This document shows, piece by piece, positions 1 to 6,397 of a DNA stretch of 52,391 nucleotides. This stretch comes from Candidatus Micrarchaeota archaeon (GTDB taxonomy: Archaea > Micrarchaeota > Micrarchaeia > Norongarragalinales > SBBD01): positions 1 to 52,391 of the forward strand of contig JAZDGU010000012.1 of NCBI GenBank assembly GCA_043806595.1. The letters are read 5' to 3'. The notes under the pieces were generated by a model, which saw nothing but the letters and a program-made list of their open reading frames with translations, ran no database searches and was not told the DNA's origin. A program made the translations under genes and the position numbers. Each line of letters opens with the position of its first letter. Position 1 is the first letter of the stretch.

Positions 1-85
1 TCCAGTCGTCGGGCGCGGCCGCGACGCAGGCCGCCGCGCCTATGCACCCGTCCCTGTCGTATTTTATCACGAATTTCTTGCCCAT
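1..85 (-). CDS. Ferredoxin, probably [3Fe-4S] type (5' part only; runs off the window edge)
   Basis: Manual translation from ATG at 85: MGKKFVIKYDRDGCIGAAACVAAAPDDW. CxxAxxC...P ferredoxin motif, with a GGTGA Shine-Dalgarno at 91-95 on the minus strand. Confidence 0.8.
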   Translation of the reverse strand, partial: MGKKFVIKYDRDGCIGAAACVAAAPDDW

Positions 86-149
86 GTAAATCACCGGCTG
101 GAATTCCAACGCATTGGAATGGGTCGATTAATATTCCTTTCTGTAGGGG

Positions 150-283
150 GACTCTGTCCCATAAATTCAGGCGTATGCTGTGGAAAGGCAGCTAGTGTAC
201 TCCGCCTTCGAGCAAACCAATCCATGCGCCACGCGATGCGTAGATGATTTTGCTGGCCGAAAACAGGATTATGGGACACGCTC
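150..283. mobile_element. 134-bp MITE (non-autonomous IS derivative, IS256-like ends)
   Basis: Terminal inverted repeats GACTCTGTCCCATAA (150-164) and the reverse complement GAGCGTGTCCCATAA (269-283) match at 12/15 positions. Flanked by the 9-bp direct repeat CTGTAGGGG (141-149, 284-292). No transposase inside. Confidence 0.75.
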
Positions 284-399
284 CTGTAGGGGGAGGCCCG
301 CCCCCCCCCCCCGGAAACGCATGGGACGCGACCCCCCGGGGGGGTGGCTGGAAGCAATTAAAAGGGTGCGCGCAGAAGGGAATGCTAAAGCGGTGCATT

Positions 400-2934
400 A
401 TGAGATACACGACCCTGCTTGCAGCCGGCATTCTGGCGACCGCGCTGCTCGCCGGTGGGGCGCGGGCAGCGGAATACACGGACTGCAATGCGATGCCGCA
501 GTCCTGCCTCGTCGAATTCACCGACGGGCAGGCCCCTCCGTTGAACCCGCCCGACCAGGGAAGGAGCCTCGACGACCCACTCGACCTCAAGGTGGACACC
601 GAAAGGCACGGCGACGCCGGCGAATACGCTGACAGGCCGGGCGCGGTTTTCGAGAACGGGGAGGCGCTGCACCTCGCCGTCGAGGTAACCAGACCGCAGG
701 AGGGCGAAAGGATTTCAATCTACCTGGAAAGCGGCGGGGCAAGGAAGAGGCTCTGCACCTACGCCTTCGGCGAAGGCAACCCGGACAGCAAGCGCGTGCT
801 GCGGATGCAGTGCCCGGTGCCGGCATCGTGGGCGCCCGGCAACTACCTGGTCTACATCGCCCACGAGGACATCGAGTACGCAACCCTAGACCGATGGTAC
901 CGGACAGCATCGCGCTACTGGGGCCATGCCCGGCCGGGGTATTTCATACGAGTCAGGGCCAAGGGCTCGGGCGGCGGGGAAGGAGATGCGTACGACGTGC
1001 AGCCGGCCGCGCCAAGGTTCATGTGGGGGGCCAGCTACATGCTTTACTACACGCTCAAGGTAAGCGACCCCGCCACGGGCACGGAGAAGGAAATCGAATA
1101 CGAGGGCGTCTTCACGGACGCCGAGCGCGGGTACATGTCGTTCGCCTCGAACGAGAGCTTCAACGAAAGCTGGAAGGCGATACTCGTACGCTTCGGCATC
1201 AAGGCGTTCGACGCGGCGGGCAGTGAAGTCTGCGCATGGGAGAAGGAGGAGGACAGCGGGAAGGGGCTGCCCGGGGCGGGCTACAACATCAAGAAGGGGG
1301 GCCTGAAGTGCTTCGATTCCAACACGACGCTCGTATGCGTCGATTCCATCAACAGGAACCAGGGAATCGCCGCCAAGTTCTGGTACATCCACGAGCACGA
1401 GGGGCAGGACGACTACAACGGCAAGTACGCGGTGAAGACCTGGTTCTCCGCGGTGCCGGTACAGCAATGCGAGGGCCTGCTTGGAGGAAGCGGCAAGAAG
1501 TGGCCGACCCCGTCGCCCTCGCCGAAGCCCGCGAAGCAGCCGACACCGCAGGCGACACCCCGGCCGACTGCAACGGCCCCAACCCCAAAGCCGGAACAGC
1601 CGTTCCCCAAGGTCGACAACTCCAAGCTCGTGTTCGACTCGAAGACGGAGGAGGCCAGGCTGGTGATCAGCCCGCCGGCCCCAATCGACCCCGCGACCAT
1701 CCTCTACAACCCGGTATCGAACTGCATAACCGCCTCCGAGGGCTTCGCGAAGGAGCCCGGCGGGGACAACAGATATTCGCTGAAGCTGAAGTACGACCCG
1801 CTGTGCCAGTCGTGCGGCCTCCAGGACGCCGTCGAAGTGCAGGTCGCGGGCGCGAAGAGGACCATCAAGGCGAAGTTCTCGTGCAAGGCCGACAGCCTCG
1901 TCGTGACCACGGGCAAGCTCGGCATGGGGGCGGACGTGAATGCCGCGCTCACGCAATACTTCTCCTCGCACCCGCTCAAATCGCTCCTCGTCGTGCTCGG
2001 CTCGGAACAGGCGGCCAAGAGCTTCAATCTCGGCGGCCTCCAGCCAAAGGACGCCGAGACCCGCAGGCTTTTCATCGACGCGCTGCGCGCGAAGACCGGG
2101 GCCAGGCAGATCGTAATACTCGGGGACGAGAGCGTCCTCCCCAAGGGATCTGTGACCGAGCCCGGAGGCGAAGTCGTCGAGACCGACGACGCGTATTCGC
2201 TGCGCGGGAAGTCGGGAGCTGCGGTCTGGCCTGTGGGAAGGATGGAGGGATTCTCCGGAGACGACGCCAAGGACACGGCGTCGCTTGTGAAGGTAATCCA
2301 AAGGAATGCCGCGGCGCTCAATAATGAAGATGGGAAGGGCGGCATTCTCGTCTCGGGCACTGCGTGCGAGTCGTGCGAGGCGAGGAAGGCGCTCGACTCG
2401 TTCTCCGAGGGGTATTCCGGCGTTGCATGCAAGGCCAACCCCTCGTGCGCCGCAGCCCCGCCTAATTGCATGCGATGCGCCGGCGGACCGCAGTCCGGCT
2501 GTGATGAGCAGGGCTTCGCCGGGTCGGTCAAAGCCGCTGGCCTGGCGGTGTTTCTCCCGTCTTGGGTGGAGGAGGGCCGCGCATACGTGAAGGACTCGGA
2601 CGCGAACGAGGTCTGCCTGCTCGACTCGGAGACGGAGTATTCTTTCAACGGAAACGCTGCCGTATTCGTCGCCTCCGACAAGGCCGCCAGGTCGCCGGCG
2701 CTGACTCTCGGCAGGGGAGCCGCAGCGCTGATGATGACGCGCGGCTACTCGCTGCCGCCGCAGGCTTACACGGAAATCGGGCGCGGGCTCGCATCCGAGG
2801 ACACGCTCGGGGCGGCGATGGCGGCGGCAAAGGCGAGGATGGCGAAACTCGAGCCCGGCTCGCAGTATCTGTTGGAGCTTATCGGCGACCCGTCGCTGCC
2901 GACCCTGCGCCGGCAGGCCCGGGTACAGAAGTGA
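400..2934 (+). CDS. Secreted multidomain protein with Pro/Thr linker and C-terminal peptidase C25 (gingipain)-like domain
   Basis: ATG 400 gives the signal peptide MRYTTLLAAGILATALLAGGARA. Contains a PTPSPSPKP linker and the C25-like motifs IVILGD..VLP, TDDAY, PVGRM and terminal LELIGDPSL. TATA-like TTAAAA at about 358. Confidence 0.75.
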   Translation: MRYTTLLAAGILATALLAGGARAAEYTDCNAMPQSCLVEFTDGQAPPLNPPDQGRSLDDPLDLKVDTERHGDAGEYADRPGAVFENGEALHLAVEVTRPQEGERISIYLESGGARKRLCTYAFGEGNPDSKRVLRMQCPVPASWAPGNYLVYIAHEDIEYATLDRWYRTASRYWGHARPGYFIRVRAKGSGGGEGDAYDVQPAAPRFMWGASYMLYYTLKVSDPATGTEKEIEYEGVFTDAERGYMSFASNESFNESWKAILVRFGIKAFDAAGSEVCAWEKEEDSGKGLPGAGYNIKKGGLKCFDSNTTLVCVDSINRNQGIAAKFWYIHEHEGQDDYNGKYAVKTWFSAVPVQQCEGLLGGSGKKWPTPSPSPKPAKQPTPQATPRPTATAPTPKPEQPFPKVDNSKLVFDSKTEEARLVISPPAPIDPATILYNPVSNCITASEGFAKEPGGDNRYSLKLKYDPLCQSCGLQDAVEVQVAGAKRTIKAKFSCKADSLVVTTGKLGMGADVNAALTQYFSSHPLKSLLVVLGSEQAAKSFNLGGLQPKDAETRRLFIDALRAKTGARQIVILGDESVLPKGSVTEPGGEVVETDDAYSLRGKSGAAVWPVGRMEGFSGDDAKDTASLVKVIQRNAAALNNEDGKGGILVSGTACESCEARKALDSFSEGYSGVACKANPSCAAAPPNCMRCAGGPQSGCDEQGFAGSVKAAGLAVFLPSWVEEGRAYVKDSDANEVCLLDSETEYSFNGNAAVFVASDKAARSPALTLGRGAAALMMTRGYSLPPQAYTEIGRGLASEDTLGAAMAAAKARMAKLEPGSQYLLELIGDPSLPTLRRQARVQK

Positions 2935-2939
2935 TTCGC

Positions 2940-3290
2940 ATGGCAAAACTCAGGGCAATTGCATGGTGGGCGGCCGCAGTTGCCGGGATAATAATATTGG
3001 GGCTTGCGTATTTCATGCTGAGGGGAGGACAGGCGGAAACGCCTTTTCCCACACCGTCGGCGTCGATTGAGCCGACCCCAACTGCCGAATCCACGACTGA
3101 ACCGACAAACGAGCCGACCGCGGCTCCTACCCTTGCGCTCACCGAACCGCCGGCGGACTCGCTGGAAGTGCCGTTCTGCGGCGACGGGAACTGCGATTCC
3201 GACGAGCGGTGCGACACGTGCCCGGACTGCGGGTGCCTGCCGGACGAGTACTGCGTCGAGGCCAACGGCGTCTGCTATCCGGATCCCTAA
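2940..3290 (+). CDS. Small membrane-anchored protein with Pro/Thr stalk and Cys-rich C-terminus
   Basis: ATG lies 5 nt after the upstream stop. N-terminal TM helix, PTPTAES/PTNEPT linker, then CGDGNC...CPDCGC...C...C. Confidence 0.75.
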   Translation: MAKLRAIAWWAAAVAGIIILGLAYFMLRGGQAETPFPTPSASIEPTPTAESTTEPTNEPTAAPTLALTEPPADSLEVPFCGDGNCDSDERCDTCPDCGCLPDEYCVEANGVCYPDP

Positions 3291-3327
3291 TACGCATCGA
3301 AGAAGGAAAGAAAAAAAGGGGAAGAAA

Positions 3328-4149
3328 TCAGGCGGCGAGCAGCTGGTCGAACGCCTGCTGGAACGCCTCGTACGGGTACGCGCCGCTGATGCGGTTCAGC
3401 ACGTTGCCCTCCTCGTCCGTGAACAGGAAGCCGGGCGTGCCCGTTATTCCGTTCGAGCTGCCCTCGTTCATCTGGGCGTCGATGGCCGCGTTCTTGTCCG
3501 CCGACTTCGCTATGCAGGCGTCGAACTCACCGGAATCGAGGCCGGCTTCCTTTGCCCACGCCTTGAAGTTGTCCGCGGTCAGAGCGGTGCTGCCCGTGAA
3601 GAGCTTGTCGTAGAACTTCCACGCGAGGTCGACGCTCTGGTCTTTTGCGCATTCCAGCGCCGCAGCCGCGGGCCGGGCGTTGGGGTGAATCTGGTCGAGA
3701 GGGAAGTGCTTGTAGATTAAGCGCACCTTGCCGGTGTCGACGTAGTTCTCGTTTATCTGGCCCTCGGTCTGGGTGTAGTGGCGGACGCAGAAGGGGCACT
3801 GGAAGTCACTGTATTCGACGAGGACTATCTTCGCGGTATTGCTGCCCTTGGAGAGGCCCGTGGCAAGTGAAATCTTTCCGCCCGGCTGGGCCGGCGGAGG
3901 CGTCGGAGCCGCGGGCTGGGGAGTCGGCGTGCCCGCGAGGTTTGCTGCAGGCGGCGCGGCGTTTATCTTGATGTTCGCGATTCCGGTCTTGATATCCGAC
4001 ATGCCCGAGTTGATCTGCGCGAGGTTGGCGTTGATGCCGTTCGCCGCGTAGATCATGGAAGCCGACAGGATTATCGCCGCAAGCACGAAGCTCGCCGCGA
4101 TGACGTAAGAGCCGTCGGATTTTCCGACGTGATGCGTGTGCTCGTCCAT
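3328..4149 (-). CDS. Membrane-anchored DsbA/thioredoxin-fold disulfide oxidoreductase
   Basis: EYSDFQCPFC active site, HFPL motif, GITGTPGF cis-Pro loop, N-terminal TM helix, GGGGTG RBS. Confidence 0.93.
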   Translation of the reverse strand: MDEHTHHVGKSDGSYVIAASFVLAAIILSASMIYAANGINANLAQINSGMSDIKTGIANIKINAAPPAANLAGTPTPQPAAPTPPPAQPGGKISLATGLSKGSNTAKIVLVEYSDFQCPFCVRHYTQTEGQINENYVDTGKVRLIYKHFPLDQIHPNARPAAAALECAKDQSVDLAWKFYDKLFTGSTALTADNFKAWAKEAGLDSGEFDACIAKSADKNAAIDAQMNEGSSNGITGTPGFLFTDEEGNVLNRISGAYPYEAFQQAFDQLLAA

Positions 4150-4283
4150 TTGAGTGAAACACCCCCGAATGCGGTTAAAGCGTAATGCGATGGGTGATTA
4201 ACGTTTTTAAAGCGTTGGATGAACTTAGGCCTGCAGATGCAGGAGGGCGGCGGGTTAAAAAGCCAAGCTGGGAAAGTGGTTGC

Positions 4284-4883
4284 ATGGCGGGAAAAAGGGT
4301 TGCCGGCAGGGTCGCAGGGAACGACCTGGATAAGATGGCAAGGGCGGTCCTACTGGGGCTTGCGCTGCTGCTAGTGCTGGTATTCGCGATGAAGCTCGTG
4401 AGCCAGGCGTTTCCGGAGGCGTTCGCATCCGTCCAGCAGAAAGCCGCCGAATGGGGGCTGCCTGGCACTTTCGCCATCGTCTTCCTCGGGAGCACGCTGC
4501 TGCCGTTCCCGACGGACGCGTGGTACGTTTCCACGGTCGCGCTGGAACAAGACGTGCTCCTCGTCGTGGCAATCGCGGTGCTTGCCGCATGGCTCGCCGG
4601 CCTGGTGAACTACTTCCTCGCATACTATTTGAGCGAGAAGTGGGTGGTGAAGAGGCTGGGCAGGGAAAGCATCGAGGATGCCAAGCGCTGGTTCGACAGG
4701 TACGGCGGCGTGGCAATAGTGCTGTTCGGAATCGTACCGGCCTCGCCAATCATCGACCCCCTGACTTTCGTCGCGGGGTTCACGGAGATGGACTTCAAGA
4801 AGTACGCGGTCTATCTCCTCGCGGCCAGAATCGCGCACTTCGGCGGGCTCGCGCTGCTCGCTTCGGGGATAATATCATTATAA
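4284..4883 (+). CDS. DedA/VTT (SNARE-associated) family membrane protein
   Basis: LPFPTD, NYFLAY, WFDRYG and AGFTEMDFKKY motifs plus hydrophobic helices. Start codon is uncertain. Confidence 0.85.
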   Translation: MAGKRVAGRVAGNDLDKMARAVLLGLALLLVLVFAMKLVSQAFPEAFASVQQKAAEWGLPGTFAIVFLGSTLLPFPTDAWYVSTVALEQDVLLVVAIAVLAAWLAGLVNYFLAYYLSEKWVVKRLGRESIEDAKRWFDRYGGVAIVLFGIVPASPIIDPLTFVAGFTEMDFKKYAVYLLAARIAHFGGLALLASGIISL

Positions 4884-4917
4884 AACAACCAATAGCAAAT
4901 TACCGGAGGTGGGAAAA

Positions 4918-5514
4918 ATGGCGGTTTCAGGACGGCGGGTCTTGCGTGCGGTCGCCACTGAGTTGGATAGCGGCTTGCGACAGGTGCATTCTTCACTGCT
5001 TAGGGAAGGACCGGGGCGGATGCTCTCCGAATACTCGAGGCACGGCGTCGACTTCTCGGGATTCCCGGAGGCAGAACGCGGTAAAGTGGCCCTGATATTG
5101 GGTGTCCACAACTTCACGCCAAAACAGGCGAAAGAAATACTGGAAATTGCCAGAAAGGCGGGAATGAGAAAAGGCGGCCTGATGGAAAGGACTCTTTACG
5201 AGCAAGTGAACGGTTTTCTCACTCCGGCCTGGACCATTGGCAGGTTGGAGAAGAAAAGCGCTGCCGCAGACGCCGGAAGGCTCAAGGAATGGCGGTTCAA
5301 GGGCATCTTCCCAGTGCGCCGAGCCGCATCTGCAGACAAAATTGCCAGGGTAAAGACGGAACTCGCATTCAGGAAGGGGCTGCAGGATTACCTGGAAAGG
5401 AGCGATGCCGCTATGAAGAAAGTCATGGAGGCGTGGGTTCCAGGAATCTCATTCGAAAACGTAAGCTACAAGCCGCGAATCGACAGGGCCAGCATGCTTC
5501 CAAAGTTCTCTTGA
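4918..5514 (+). CDS. Hypothetical basic protein
   Basis: GGAGGTG RBS before ATG 4918 and a TATA-like TTATAAAA at about 4878. Lower GC than core genes. No recognisable motif. Confidence 0.6.
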   Translation: MAVSGRRVLRAVATELDSGLRQVHSSLLREGPGRMLSEYSRHGVDFSGFPEAERGKVALILGVHNFTPKQAKEILEIARKAGMRKGGLMERTLYEQVNGFLTPAWTIGRLEKKSAAADAGRLKEWRFKGIFPVRRAASADKIARVKTELAFRKGLQDYLERSDAAMKKVMEAWVPGISFENVSYKPRIDRASMLPKFS

Positions 5515-5556
5515 AAGCAGACATCATGTGCCGGGAGTGTTCGAATAATAAAAAAC

Positions 5557-5599
5557 GTCACTTGACCTTCATCACGACTTTCACGTTGCCGGTGCCGCA
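5557..5599 (-). repeat. Diverged orphan duplicate of the last 13 codons and stop of rpoA (other copy 6397-6439)
   Basis: 38/43 nt are identical to 6397-6439. Encodes CGTGNVKVVMKVK* versus CGTGKVKVVMKVK*, with all 5 mismatches at third codon positions. Confidence 0.9.
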
Positions 5600-5669
5600 C
5601 ACCCCTCAGGGGGCCATACGGCCCACTACGCGGGTGGCCTCTCTCCATAGGGACAAAGCAAATATATTT

Positions 5670-5687
5670 ATATGTGGTCCCACATAT
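5670..5687. promoter_or_regulatory. Palindromic operator overlapping the TATA box of the TA operon
   Basis: Perfect inverted repeat ATATGTGG-TC-CCACATAT overlapping TTTATATG, 16 nt upstream of the antitoxin ATG. Confidence 0.7.
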
Positions 5688-5703
5688 GTTTTGACGGGGT
5701 ATT

Positions 5704-5934
5704 ATGGCCAATATAACTTTGTTCGTCCCGGACGACATCAAGAGGCGGATGGACATGCACAAGGACATCCGCTGGTCGAGCGCCATCCGCACGGTAATTG
5801 AGGCCAAGCTGGTTGCATTCGCAGACGCCGAGGAATTGGCGGGGGCAAGCCGCCTGACGCAAAAGGATGTGGCGGTTCTCACGAACAAAGTGGATGCAGC
5901 TACACGAAAGCACGCCAAGGCGCGATGGGAATGA
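5704..5934 (+). CDS. Putative antitoxin (ribbon-helix-helix/CopG-like, VapB)
   Basis: MANITLFVPDDIKRRMDMHKDIRWSSAIR follows the RHH pattern. ATGA overlap with the PIN gene. Confidence 0.8.
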   Translation: MANITLFVPDDIKRRMDMHKDIRWSSAIRTVIEAKLVAFADAEELAGASRLTQKDVAVLTNKVDAATRKHAKARWE

Positions 5935-6341
5935 AAGCCGTTGTCGATGCGAATGTCTTGTTCGCGGCTTTGCTTCGCAAGGGATTGACGCGGAAGCTGC
6001 TTTTCAACCCGGAATTGGAACTGTTCTCCCCGCAATTCGTCGTCGACGAATTCCTAAAGCACCGAAATTACCTTGTGGGAAAATACGGAGGAACAGAAGA
6101 GAAATTCGGCAGACTTGTCGAACGAACGCTTAACTTCATCGATAGAATTCCGGACAGCAAGTTAGACCCTTATGCCCCTGCGGCGAAAACGCTTTCCCCC
6201 GACCCGAAGGACTGGCAATACCTCGCCGCCGCATTATACGTTGACGCGGCCATTTGGTCCAATGACGCGGGAATGAAAAAGCAACAGCGGGTGCGGGTCT
6301 TCACGACCGAGGAGATTGCAAGGGAAATCGGAACGCTTTGA
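5931..6341 (+). CDS. PIN-domain ribonuclease toxin (VapC-like)
   Basis: VVDANVLF, E, DPKD..YLAAAL and IWSND give the PIN acidic catalytic set. Translationally coupled to the upstream RHH gene. Confidence 0.9.
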   Translation: MKAVVDANVLFAALLRKGLTRKLLFNPELELFSPQFVVDEFLKHRNYLVGKYGGTEEKFGRLVERTLNFIDRIPDSKLDPYAPAAKTLSPDPKDWQYLAAALYVDAAIWSNDAGMKKQQRVRVFTTEEIAREIGTL

Positions 6342-6397
6342 ACGGGCAGGCAGTCTTGGCCCTGCCTTCCCAAAAAAATCAGGAAAAGGCTTGAAAG

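Noticed and set aside
244..399. N-terminal extension of the 896-aa ORF and a phase-variable poly-C tract (301-312)
   Set aside because: The signal peptide begins at ATG 400. The extension crosses the MITE end and low-complexity DNA, and the C-run is upstream of the TATA. There is no evidence for phase variation.
886..2946. 686-aa antisense ORF
   Set aside because: Shadow of a GC3-biased real gene, with no motifs.
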